DNA of 53,803 nucleotides, counting the filler, from Basidiobolus ranarum (taxonomy: Eukaryota): the NCBI GenBank assembly GCA_040143965.1. It is 4 parts of 4 records of this genome, joined end to end, with 100 filler letters (N's around TTAATTAATTAA, not from the genome) between each part and the next. Parts side by side here need not be neighbours in the genome. Positions count along the whole stretch, not along the records: positions 26,975 to 40,350 come from JASJQH010000488.1; 3 more parts are not named here. One strand, given 5' to 3'. A model generated the notes under the pieces. The model worked only from the letters and a program-made list of their open reading frames with translations, was not told the origin of the DNA and made no database searches. A program made the translations under genes and the position numbers. Below are positions 28,350-40,450 of the stretch, piece by piece (the first letter of the stretch is position 1; each line of letters begins with the position of its first letter).

Positions 28350-29663
28350 ATGATGTGGAAAACACCACTTGGACAGCTAATAGTTCTATCTCTCACATTC
28401 TGCTTTATTCAGGGGACTTACAACATCTATTATGGCTCTGGCACCTTTGGGGGAACAGATATTTCGACCTTAGTTGGAAACAATGTAACTCTATATGCTG
28501 CATTCTCGGTGTTCTCCATCCTGTCCGGAAGCGTACAGAATGCCTTAGGGCCTCGAATATGCATCATGATCGGAGGCTTCACTTATATGATCTATCTAGG
28601 AAGTCTCTGGTATTATCTGTATTCAAAAAACTCTGTCTTCATCTTTATCGGTGCGGTGATCGAGGGATTCGGGGCCTCGATGTCGTGGGCAGCAGCAGGT
28701 ACTATCCTTATGGCATATCCTACAGAAAACCAGAAGGGAAGGTTTTTTGGGATTTTCTGGATTCTTTTCAACCTTGGCTCGCTTATCGCTGGATTCCTCC
28801 CACTGATGAATGTTGAGGTGAATTATGTTACCATAGGGTTTCTATGTCTGATGTTCATTGGCGTTTTAACTGCGTCATTCTTGGCACCTCCATATCAAGT
28901 GATACGAGAGGACAAGACACGCGTCTCGGAACATTCTAGCTTTAGTATCAAGTATGAATTACGTCAAGCCTACCACTCTATTCGATCCAAAGATCTACTA
29001 CTATTGTTCCCATTCTTCTTTTATTCGAATTTCTTCTACGCATATCGACTTGGTCATCTAATTCAGGATAGCTTTACCGATCGAACGCGAATGTTCAACA
29101 CTGTGACCTACTGGGCAGCCCAGATGTTGGGTGCCTTCACATTTGGCCAATTCTTGGATAATTCATTAGTTACAAGATCGAAACGTGGAAATATGGGTCT
29201 CGTGTTTGTTGGGATATTCAACACCTTGACATGGATAGGGTGTTTGATCCTGGAATTGACCAAAAACTCCATCTCCAACACACTCACCGACTTAATAGAT
29301 GGGAACTACGGAGCTTCTTTAGTGCTCATGCTATTGTGTGGATTTACCGATGCGATGGTTCAAAGCTGGTGTAGTTGGATACTCGGAGCAAAAACCAATG
29401 AGGTGAACATACTATCTAGATATGGTGGATTTTACAAGGCAGTTCAAAGTGCTGGTGCTGCTGTTGCCTGGTATATTTCCACCACAGATATCCCATCGTG
29501 GTTGATAATTGTGATTAACTTTGGATTGTTCAGCGTGGGCTTATTCTTTGCTTACTTTGCCACCAGAGATATCACAGATACTAACTACCATTTAGTGGTT
29601 GGGTCAAATGATGAAGGTATTGTCATCCCCATGAAAACCCAAAACCATGATCAATTCAGTTAA
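28350..29663 (+). CDS. MFS transporter, UNC-93-like/DUF895 family (intronless)
   Basis: About 12 hydrophobic segments; W.A.G..LMAYPTENQKGRFFGIFW..FNLGSLI, LLFPFFFYSNFFYAY, RYGGFYKAVQSAGAAVAW are typical of fungal UNC-93-like MFS proteins. Confidence 0.88.
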   Translation: MMWKTPLGQLIVLSLTFCFIQGTYNIYYGSGTFGGTDISTLVGNNVTLYAAFSVFSILSGSVQNALGPRICIMIGGFTYMIYLGSLWYYLYSKNSVFIFIGAVIEGFGASMSWAAAGTILMAYPTENQKGRFFGIFWILFNLGSLIAGFLPLMNVEVNYVTIGFLCLMFIGVLTASFLAPPYQVIREDKTRVSEHSSFSIKYELRQAYHSIRSKDLLLLFPFFFYSNFFYAYRLGHLIQDSFTDRTRMFNTVTYWAAQMLGAFTFGQFLDNSLVTRSKRGNMGLVFVGIFNTLTWIGCLILELTKNSISNTLTDLIDGNYGASLVLMLLCGFTDAMVQSWCSWILGAKTNEVNILSRYGGFYKAVQSAGAAVAWYISTTDIPSWLIIVINFGLFSVGLFFAYFATRDITDTNYHLVVGSNDEGIVIPMKTQNHDQFS

Positions 29664-29849
29664 TAGCGATCTTAAAAAATAATTGGAGTAATAATAATAA
29701 TCACTTTCTCTTGGATAATATTTGGATTTTCTTGCTTGTAAAAATGGATTTAATTTAGAGAGTAATAAATATTTTATATTATATAAGCTTTGCCTGTATC
29801 CCTGCACATGGTTGAATGGTAGCACGCAATCATATGTTGGCAATATAAG

Positions 29850-30320
29850 TGAAATTCTAGGTTACCTCATATTCACTAATTCAGTCATAGTGGTTCTTGA
29901 CTTGGGTAGCATATGAAGAACTGATTTTTATGGCCATCTCAGTTGTATCAGTAATAAGAATATTAACAAATCTTCTAAAAGAACAAGCAGAAAATATGCC
30001 CAAGTTATTCTTATTCTTAACAAAACCTTGTTAGTAATGTTATAGAGTGAGGTGAAATTGAATGGTTTAAATTACAAGTCATATCATAATTGGGTATATC
30101 TAGATCATCTCTGAATGAGATCTAATATCATTAGGCTGTATGGCTGGATTGAAAAAGGACCAAAAGGCGTAGACTGATCAACACCATATTGTAGTGCATT
30201 CAAAAAGTCCAAATGACATGCAACAAATATTCAGAGGTAATGGTAAAATCTTAGTCAGTTTAGCTATTTGGGACTTTTAAGGATATTCTCCAATATATCC
30301 CAGCTTAAAATTTCAATAGG
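29850..30320 (-). mobile_element. Possible very decayed gypsy-like RT trace
   Basis: CpG-poor intergenic stretch with minus-strand fragments TPFG (near 30160) and LGHIF (near 29995) in RT-like order. Confidence 0.25.
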
Positions 30321-30564
30321 GAGTACTACAAACAGTATATTAGTTGAATTCAAGATATTGTTTGAGTAAATTTTTATTGGTTTTCGTTGAAGTTTTAATA
30401 GTCTTATATGTTCCCTATATACATGTCTCTGCAATTAAGAGAATGAAACAAAAATACCCCAATTGATATAAAGTTCAAAAGCTCCTTATATCTAACGAAT
30501 TGCACGTTTTCACCGTGGAGTTCAAACAATCAAGAGAGTACGTTTCAACGCAATACCAGATAGA

Positions 30565-30972
30565 TCACTCCTCCTCTTCTTCGTCATAATATTTACGAGC
30601 TCGGCGATCAACGGGAGAGCTCGACCTTTGACGATCCTCGGTTTCTTGGTTGATCTTCTCACAAGCATCAATCCACTCACTATAAACGTCAATAGGTTCA
30701 CTTAAGTAATTGATCATACACTGGAAACTTGCGGAGCAAATACGACAACTAAGGTGACCGATCTTACTGTCCTTCTCACTATAAATAAAATAAAGAAAAA
30801 ACCCTTTAAAAAAACCTTCTTTCACTAAACTCAAATAAAAGAAAATTTCGGTTTTCACTTACAGTCTACAAGAAATGGACTTTTCATGATTACAGAAAAG
30901 ACAGTTGAACGTGGTATCAAGAACAACTTTTCTTTTGGTTGGAGCTTTAGCACTGGATTTACGTTTACCCAT
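30565..30972 (-). CDS. ELF1: Transcription elongation factor Elf1/ELOF1 (2 exons)
   Basis: MGKRKSS...[18 protein letters not shown]|...CRIC...[16 protein letters not shown]; four-Cys zinc ribbon. Confidence 0.96.
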
Positions 30973-31259
30973 TTTCTTACTTGATAAAGTGACTCACGAA
31001 CAAACGATAGGGGGAGCTGTAAGTAAAGTTACTGAAGCCACAATACCCTATCCCTGCCTTTTATACTTCATGCTCAAGTGGTTCAAGAGTTTTTGGTGGA
31101 CGCAGACACCATTCGGTGCATTTAATCGTTGTAGTCATGTGACTATGAGAGGAAAATTTCCATCACCAATAAGAATGGAATCATTTTATGCTAAGATATA
31201 GTAGCTGTAGTATAACCGGTGAAGTTTAACAAGGTAGAATCACTTGTAGTTGATTAATT

Positions 31260-33774
31260 ATGAGCAGTCAACACTCTTTAGACGCCATAAAGGAAAAGCA
31301 GATTCATGAAGACGAACTATTTGCTTTAGAATTACAGGTTTGAATAATAAGTTTAAACCTTTCCTGTTCCTGTATATTAATACATATATATATAAACAAC
31401 CCACTTGAAATATTTGGTTGGTACTTTTTAAACCTTTCATAGAAACAGTTTGAAGCAGAAGAACGTGAACAAGCTAATATCACCCAAAGAAGTGAAAATT
31501 ATTCCTTAGTTTCAGAAACTTCTCACCGTTCAGAGTTTTCGAAATCTTCTAAACTAGTGCTCGACAAACCAACCAGTTTATTTAGCTTACTTGAGGTTCG
31601 CGATGCACCTTTCAAAGAAAATCGAGAAAGAATTAGTTTAGAACAGTTGTTGCAGGTGTTTAGTACTACTTTAAGTTGTTGGCTATTATTACGTGAGTAA
31701 AAGTATAAAGCTAACTGGTTATTTCAAAAGGGAGAATTGAAGGCCATGGTTCAATTTAATTACTTGATTGATGTTGACTGGTTCATGTCAAAATTACCCC
31801 CGAATAATCGAGAAGTTCCTGTTTTATTTGTACACGGAATGTCTGGCACCAACTCGCACACTCTAATGGTAGAGTAGCTACCTCTTGTTATTTCTTCCTT
31901 TAGAATACCGAATGATTAAGAGATATCTAGGATCAAGTTCAAAAGTATAAGAATCTCAAGATACACCTACCCCAGCTACCACCATACGGAACTCATCATA
32001 CAAAGGTTGGAATAGGTCAAGATATTGACTAGTTCATCCGCTATATAGCTTACAATTAATCTCTTCAGACGATGATACTATTCTATGAAGATAACATAAG
32101 GATTGTTATTCACACCGCAAATCTGATTGAGCGGGATTGGAGGTAGATTTACTTGACGAGGTTAAAGTCGATTGATTTCTAAACAGTATGATTCTCGTTC
32201 TAGGAATAAAGCTCAAGCAGCTTATGTGAGGTAACGTTTCTTGAAGAATTCATTCATTTCAATCGTCACTAATAGATGTGCCGATGAAGCCCACTGCTTG
32301 AGAAAAAAAGTCCCAACAGTAAGCCTACCGCATTTGAACAAGACTTCCTTGAATATCTTACAGCATATGGAAATGTGTTGAAAAGTACTCGTGAGAAACT
32401 TTCTCGGTACGACTTTTCCCCTTGCAAGGTTGGGATTTTCGAAGCTTTATGTATAGAATATGGTGATTTAGATTTCATTATAGGGTACTATTATAGGCTC
32501 AGTTCCCGGAAGACATACAGGCAATGAGCTACACAAGTGGGGGCATATGAGAATTCGGAATATGCTATCCGCCGTAGAGTTGAACAGTCAATTCCAAGAT
32601 AGCACTTTGATTTTTCAAGCAAGTTATCTTTTGTCACTCATTCTGATTAGAAATCCAACTAACCATTAACAGTTTTCAAGCATTGGTTCTTTGGGGAAAA
32701 CTCCGGATTGGTTGACCAAAGAACTCGCGGAGAGCTTTTCTAGACACCACACAACTGGAGAGTTGAATGAGTCCAAAAGAAGAAGAAAAGAGAAGGACGA
32801 TTCTCGTACCGGCCAAGTCAATACTCCCGAAATTCAACTGATTTTCCCGACTGTTGAAGAAGTCAGGAATAGGTAAACGCATGTTACGTACCAGTAAGTT
32901 ATGGCTATGACTAAATCCTAGTTATACCAGCTTTGAGGGGTATGCTGCTGGAGGATCTATTCCTTATGATCTAAAGAACTTCCAAAATCAGCAGCATTAT
33001 TTACAAAGATACATGTGCCATTGGAAAGCTAGAGGGCAGAATTTAGACCGTGCAATGCCTCATATCAAAGTGAGTGGCATTTATTTCATTGTTATAGTAC
33101 ACTAGAAGCAAGTAGACTTAAAGACCCTAGACATATGCTCGAGTTACAAACGATGGGGAGGAGCTCGCTTGGTGCATAGTTACCTCCGCGAACTTATCGA
33201 AAGCAGCTTGGTAGGTCTCACTCGTAGTTATCAAAAGGGTCAGATATTCACTAATGTCGTGCTCAGGGGCGTATTAGAAAAGAAAACCACGGCCAATCCC
33301 CAGCTTCATATTCGCTCCTTTGAGCTAGGCGTAGTGTACTTTCCGGCGTCAATTGAGGTTTTTGAATGATAGCTCATAGGCCATTAGTCGCACATCTGTT
33401 TACCATCTCTCCTATACATAGCCTGACTCCGAGGTTCGTTTAACTACGAAAAAACACCCTGGTGAGGAACCGGCAACGGAACTGGCAACAAGAAAGCGAT
33501 CTACAGACATCCATAACTATTGGTGCCCCCTACCCTATGATTTACCACCTACTCCATACTCTGCATCAGGTAATTTTACTCGCTTTAACCAATACGTCAT
33601 AGTCAAAATGCTTACACAAAGCTTATGCTGTCCAAACGTGCCGGTAGATAGACCTTGGGTGAGTGAGCTTATTTTTATTCCATCTCTACACCAGCTAAAC
33701 ATGTTGCATAGGTTTGGAATGATACATATCTTGAGCCTGATCTGTTTGGAGCAACCTGGCCGATGGAGACTTAG
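31260..33774 (+). CDS. TDP1: Tyrosyl-DNA phosphodiesterase 1, multi-exon
   Basis: Two HKN motifs after splicing (YGTHHTK...IHTANL and AMPHIKTY...TSANLSKAAWG), plus FNYLIDVDW, QFSSIGSLG, IFPTVEEVR, SFELGV, PLPYDLPP, PWVWN. Confidence 0.93.
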
Positions 33775-34415
33775 AGCCTAACGCGCTTATCAGTAAGTTT
33801 TGCGCGTCATTGCAATTCGTGGCAATTCGTGGCAATGAAAACAAAAACACCTCCTGAATATGTAGATTATGGATCGACAAATGAGATATAAGCAACTATT
33901 TAATTGTGAGAATAAACCATCTCAACCAGGGTTAGGGCTCAAAATGGGTCATATACAAAAATAATATCCCATTTCCTATGATTTTATGGAAAAAATATCG
34001 GAAAGGTCGCATTGCTCTGTCGGGACCTGTTCAATGAGATTCAGCAGGGGTAGTGTATTCATGCGAACTCTCTTACGCTTAATCTTGACTTGACCAGGCG
34101 CGACATTATATCTGATTGTAATTCCCAGTAGTGATAGGAACAAACCATCATAGCTTCCAGGGGTGACCACAACTTTGTACAGCAGTGCCTCCCCCAATTT
34201 CCATCCTAACGTTTTATTGCTCAAACCTTCACTGCTTTATTCTAAATTAACCTACATTTTTACTTTTTACTTTGTCTGACCTATAGCTCAGCAAGAACTT
34301 ACTTTCGGATATTATCGTAACGTAGTGAACTCTTAATTTTTTAACTCATAACTTTGTGTCTCGCACTCTTCATACCATAATCTCCCCTTGTATTCTCCAC
34401 ATCTGTTAACTTGAC

Positions 34416-35267
<852 letters not shown>

Positions 35268-35644
35268 AGAAGATATTTGGAAACGTAGAGGCCAACCTTG
35301 TTAAGTAAAGTAATCGAAATTTCACAATCAACCTGCTTTTATTTCACTTCATTTTCTTCCTTCGTTAGTGTCTCTCCCTTCATATAATTAGCTTGATTTT
35401 CTTTCCCAAGAAACGGAATTTTTGGCTACGATTTCGAATTCCCGTTTAAATAGGTTTCTTTTCCACTAATTTATTTCTTAATGTTATCTTTCAAAAAGAA
35501 TCTTTTTCTTCTAATAAACGTCTCACAGATATGCTGATGATTTATGTAGTATTTTTATTAAAATCATTCATGAACTTATTTCCAAACCAAACCAATTTTA
35601 TTAATTGAACTGTAAAGGAGAAAATTTCCAATCCCCTCACTCAA

Positions 35645-36127
35645 TTAGATCAAAGTCTCGTAAGCGATAGGGTAAATGGTGGTAGGTGCGTTGTCCTTGA
35701 TGGAAACGTGACGAGCCTCACGGGGTTGGGCAGGGAGACGCTTAAGATGAATGGTCTTGCCAGAGGCCTTGGCTTCTTGCTTCTTGGCAGCGTTCTCCTT
35801 GACACGACGCAAGAAATCGTCACGGCACTTGGAGTGCTTGATGTGTTCAACACGAATGTTAACACGCTTCTCCATGAAACGGTTACCAACTCTCTTGTTG
35901 ATGATGACACCGACGGAGGTCTTGGTAACATTGTAAATGATACCGGTTCTACCGTGGTAGAACTTGTGGGGCATACCCTTTTGAACGGAGGCATTGGCCT
36001 TGATGTCAACGATATCACCAACCTTGTAGGTCTTCAAGTAAGTGGAAAGCTTGATAGAACCATGTTCACGGAACTTCTGAGAGAACAAGTGACGAGTACG
36101 AGCACGATAACCGAAGGAGTGAGGCAT
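35645..36127 (-). CDS. RPL21: 60S ribosomal protein eL21
   Basis: MPHSFGYRARTR...GMPHKFYHGRTG...KRVNIRVEHIKHSKCR; strong codon bias. Probable 5'-UTR intron at 36137-36238. Confidence 0.97.
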   Translation of the reverse strand: MPHSFGYRARTRHLFSQKFREHGSIKLSTYLKTYKVGDIVDIKANASVQKGMPHKFYHGRTGIIYNVTKTSVGVIINKRVGNRFMEKRVNIRVEHIKHSKCRDDFLRRVKENAAKKQEAKASGKTIHLKRLPAQPREARHVSIKDNAPTTIYPIAYETLI

Positions 36128-36239
36128 TGTTGTTTACTACATAAAAATCAATAGTCAATACTGGTTCAATCAACCCCTACTACTTTATCACACTCTATCT
36201 ATCTCTCTACGCATACTAATTCCTAACTGTTTCCGTACC

Positions 36240-36511
36240 TGTAAACCTACAATAGTTTCCACCTATAAAGCTCGTGAAAGAGAAAAGGAGGATTCTTGAT
36301 TTTGCCATGTCCTTAGTTTTGTCGATTCATTGTGTGGAAAAAAAATCCATCATCACACAGGGGTTAAGTCTCTCCCGAGCAATTGATCATTGGGCAGGAC
36401 AAGGGTCCTTAATGGGGTTTTTTTTTCAAACAAGTCACCGTCAGTTAAAAATGTGGACTTTGGTTAATTGAGCGGCCTTTTCCCTTGGTTGGACTGAAGT
36501 AACGGCACATC
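36240..36511. promoter_or_regulatory. Compact bidirectional promoter between RPL21 and RPS9
   Basis: Head-to-head ribosomal protein genes with about 270 bp between the RPL21 5'-UTR exon and the RPS9 ATG; several GGGT-containing motifs and AAGTCAC. Confidence 0.6.
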
Positions 36512-37311
36512 ATGGCTCCCCCAAGAAACTGTATTCAGTATGAACAGGAATAGAATGAACCAATTGTTTTTTATCAGTGATTTTTATGAAAGTGATTTTC
36601 CCATTTTGATTTTTCTTGGTTTATTGACTCAAGGCGACCTGTTCTTATGAAGAGATACTTAGCATATTCTCTGGGCATGAACGAATAAGATACACTAGCT
36701 AAACGTTAAAGGAAAGTCCTTGTCACCCATGGAACTTTACCTGGTTGCTTTTCAATTTTTTAGGCTCCAAGACCTACAAGGTCCCCAGACGTCCTTTCGA
36801 GAAGGAACGTATGGACCAAGAATTGAAGATTATTGGTGAATACGGACTCCGTAACAAGCGCGAAATTTGGAGAATTGGATACACTCTTTCCAACATTCGT
36901 CGTGCCGCTCGTGAACTTCTTACCTTAGATGTTAAGGATACCCGTCGTCTCTTCGAAGGTAATGCCCTTATTCGTCGTCTTATTCGTATCGGTGTATTGG
37001 ACGAGTCTAAGGCCAAGCTTGATTATGTCTTGGGTTTGAAGGTTGAGGATTTCTTGGAACGTCGTCTTCAAACTCAAGTTTTCAAACTTGGTTTGGCAAA
37101 ATCTATCCATCACGCTCGTGTCCTTATTAAGCAAAGACATATTCGTGTTGGTAAGCAAGTAGTCGATATTCCTTCCTTCGTGGTCCGTTTGGAATCCCAG
37201 AAGCATATCGATTTCGCTTTGACCTCTCCTTATGGTGGTGGTCGCCCTGGTCGCGTTAAGAGAAAGAGAATGGCTTCCGCCGGTGGTGATGCCGAAGAGG
37301 ATGAGGAATAA
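36512..37311 (+). CDS. RPS9: 40S ribosomal protein uS4 (2 exons; intron 36531-36763)
   Basis: [22 protein letters not shown]...[11 protein letters not shown]...[24 protein letters not shown]...[11 protein letters not shown]. Confidence 0.97.
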
Positions 37312-37819
37312 ATAATGCTTCGACATACTGTTCTTCTAATTAATTATCATCCATCACTCTCTCAATAAACGAGATACTTGAACATTTATTGGTTAATGTG
37401 TTTATAGTTATGCATCAATTTAAACCTATTTTGTTTAATCCTCGAGATTTTTTCTGTAATCGATCTCACGTTTTTCTTACTGTTTACACATTTCAATGTG
37501 ACCAATGATAATGACAATTCAGATTATGGAAGAGACTAGCCTTCGGCAGCTACATAAATAAAACTGCCGAGCCGCAAAATCGAATTTCCATGATAGTTTC
37601 ACAACATCACTGGTATTCATTCAATTCAAATTAGATAATGATGATTAGTCAATTTCTTTATGCAATATATTGAAGAGTTTTCAATGTAATCACCCTATAT
37701 TTTTGGGGGGAGGAAATGGATAAATCAATTCATAATAAGCCTCACCGAATGAAGATAAATCTGAATTTTCCCTCTTCTGCTTTCTTTACACATTCCGTCC
37801 CGTATCTTTACATATAATA

Positions 37820-38020
37820 ATGTCCTCTTTAACCGAAAAGCTCTCTTTGAAGTACTACCAATATGAATTGGTCACCGCACTTTATATGTTGGAACCTTGG
37901 GAGAAGGCTTGCTTTAATACTATTGTCGTGTTGGGATTAGGACTTACACTTTATACCACTGCCATCTACGTTCCTGAGTATGCTTCTACCGCTATCACCA
38001 AAATTTCCGCTTATTGTTAA
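37820..38020 (+). CDS. Serine palmitoyltransferase small subunit (ssSPTa/b-like)
   Basis: 66 aa with YYQYELVTALYMLEPWEK..FN followed by one TM helix and Y.P, the SPTSSA/B signature. Confidence 0.88.
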   Translation: MSSLTEKLSLKYYQYELVTALYMLEPWEKACFNTIVVLGLGLTLYTTAIYVPEYASTAITKISAYC

Positions 38021-38313
38021 AGATCCGCTCGGGATATATTGCCCTTTGAAGCTAACAGAATCCAAAGACTTACGTAATTCATTAATAGAACCTTGACCTG
38101 TTGAAACTGAATATTTCCTGTACTTTAATAATATTCTTCATTTGTAATAAATCAATATATACAATTTAATTTCCTCGGCATGATTTACTTGTCCAAGATG
38201 GAGGTATAGAGCATGTGTTTATTTGCAATGGTTGGGTTGGGTATATATCCCGAATTGTTGAGTAATAGTAGCGTAAATAATAGTTAATAGTGAGTGGTGG
38301 ATGGAAACAAGTT

Positions 38314-40218
38314 CTAACTTTTCTTGAATACGGAACCTAGTAGAGATTTGAATGTATCAAATTGTCGAATTTGTATGTATTTCGGTAACATGAAATGGTA
38401 TGATTTGATTTCTTCTTGAGCTTCTGGTCGAACAAATCGCAGGTTTTCTAACATGAATCCTTTCATACACTTCAGTATTAATTCGGCTCTTTTGATCACC
38501 AAATTCTCCGAAAATAGTCCCAATTCAATGTTCTCCGGAAGCAGTAACATCGGTATTTGAACTGTACTAATATCATACCGTTGGCATGTCTTGAGAATAT
38601 TCCGAAGTCCCATTATTAGCGGTGAGCGTTGGGTGAGATTAATATCATTCGCTTCTAGTAAAGTTGAGTTATGGCATTTCTTTAGAATCAAAAGAAAGTG
38701 GTTAAGAATTTCATAAAAAAGATACGATCTGGTCCAATGAACAGATGAAACACCAAATGGATCATAGGGAGATTTGAGTGCCGGGTTATAAAGAAGTCTC
38801 CTGTGGACAAAGCAATGTTACTGTCTGTACATGAGTATATCATATCAAAGCATGCTTACCCGGTTGTGGGGAGTTTGGTTCTTCAAAATCTTGTTGAATC
38901 GTTTTCATCTGGGTTTCTACGTCATCGAAATGAAATTCAGTTGTTTGCCGGCATTTTTTGAAGAATGCTGTTAAGAAACGAGTAGGTTATCGATGTGTAG
39001 ATTGTTGATTTAATCAAAAAGAAAGTTACGTTGGTTAGCTGATTTTCCCGAGATATACTTCGGCCAGTCTTTGAGCTCCAACAGAAGAACCGAGGCTGAA
39101 AGACTCTCAGAGTATAAGGATGAGGTGGTTTGAGCATGGATCTCCGTAATATGATCCGCCTCAATTCCCGTTTGCATTAAAGCATCTAAATCAGTGACTT
39201 GTAGTCTTACGTTGTATTTAGATTTGACGTGAGTTCCGAGAGTAATGGTCATGTTCTCAACTAATTCAGCCTCTTTTTTCTGACGACGTCTAAACATTAG
39301 TGAAAATGTAAGTATCAAGTGGGTTCAAGTGCGTATAAAAATCTGCCAACTCTGTTTCATTTTCGTCCATCTTAAGATTTTCCATGGCTCTTCCTAACCA
39401 TCCTCCAAGCTTTCGCACAGATGGATTGGAGTTGGAGGATAGTTGTGCTTGCCGTTGATTTAAAAATGACATCGGTGACCAGGATTTCGCTTGCTTAGAT
39501 AAAGAATCACTGCTGTTTACTCGTCCAGAGATCTTTTTACGAGCCAATGGTGAGTCTGCGCCTTGAGTACGATTTACATTACTCTCTAACTTTCTACTTT
39601 GTATTTGTCTCTTTTCGTGAATTTTAACTTCGATAGCATGAGGATTCTCCAAAAGTAGCATTACAGCTTGCTCCTAATAGGGTTGTAATGTGGATTTAGA
39701 CTTGTATTTATAAATCAAAGATGTATCAACTGAACATACGGCATCCCTATTCGTAATTTCTAAAGCACATTCGGCTTGCTCTCGATTAAAGCCCATCTCT
39801 TGGAGTTCTGCTATCATTTTACTTAAAGCAGGATCTTCTGGCTAAAGATATGTATGCAAAACAAAAGGTTAACCGTTGAACCTACTTTCTTTGCATGCCA
39901 TTTCCTAAAACAAACCGGTTTGATTTTGGGAGAGCTTGGTGATTCTGCAGTTTGAGCGGTAACATTTGGCATGAGACTTGCTAGTTCTGGAGTGGGATTG
40001 GAATGCTTTTCCGAAAACTCCAAAAACGCAGAATCAAAGATTGACTTGTCGATATTCCCTTCTTCTAAAGAATTTGTCAATTGATGCTGTTCATACTCGG
40101 CTAATTTCTCCTGGTGCTTATTGTAGAGAATTTTCACAAAATTTATGAATTCCTCTCGTTGCTTCGTTTTAGTCTCTTCAATGGCACTTCCCCAAGTTGC
40201 TTGTGCTACTTCCATTTC
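38314..40218 (-). CDS. C12orf4/FERRY3 (DUF2362) homolog with inserted UBA domain; 5' part missing at the gap
   Basis: W...Q..EF..FV, ENMTITLG, SLYSESLSASVLL, TEFHFDD, GDFFITRHSNL..IHLVFHL, SPLIMGLRNIL...YDISTVQIP, KRAELILKCMKGFM motifs; UBA-like LQEMGFNREQAECAL...AVMLLL. Confidence 0.85.
38655..38725 (-). other. Probable U12-type GT-AG intron in the C12orf4 homolog
   Basis: 5' splice site GTATCTTTTT; branch-like GCCATAAC close to the 3' TAG; removal joins GPD|QAND in frame. Confidence 0.6.
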
Positions 40219-40350
40219 CTACAAGGAGATCGTCGATAGGTTACTAATTCATAGATGAACAAGACTCTAATGTTTCCATCTCTAAACTGGACATCACAGT
40301 TTCACTTGGCCAATCGTAGGTAACAAGTCAGTCATAAACAAATATCAAAG

Positions 40351-40450
40351 NNNNNNNNNNNNNNNNNNNNNNNNNNNNNNNNNNNNNNNNNNNNTTAATT
40401 AATTAANNNNNNNNNNNNNNNNNNNNNNNNNNNNNNNNNNNNNNNNNNNN
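40351..40450. other. Assembly gap with artificial linker
   Basis: 100-nt N run with TTAATTAATTAA. Confidence 0.95.

Noticed and set aside
33927-33937. CAGGGTTAGGG telomere-like motif
   Set aside because: Fewer than two full repeats; not an interstitial telomere.
35650-37326. Alternative-frame and antisense ORFs over RPL21 and RPS9 (likewise over CHS3, UBE2T and the MFS gene)
   Set aside because: Shadow ORFs produced by codon bias of the real genes.
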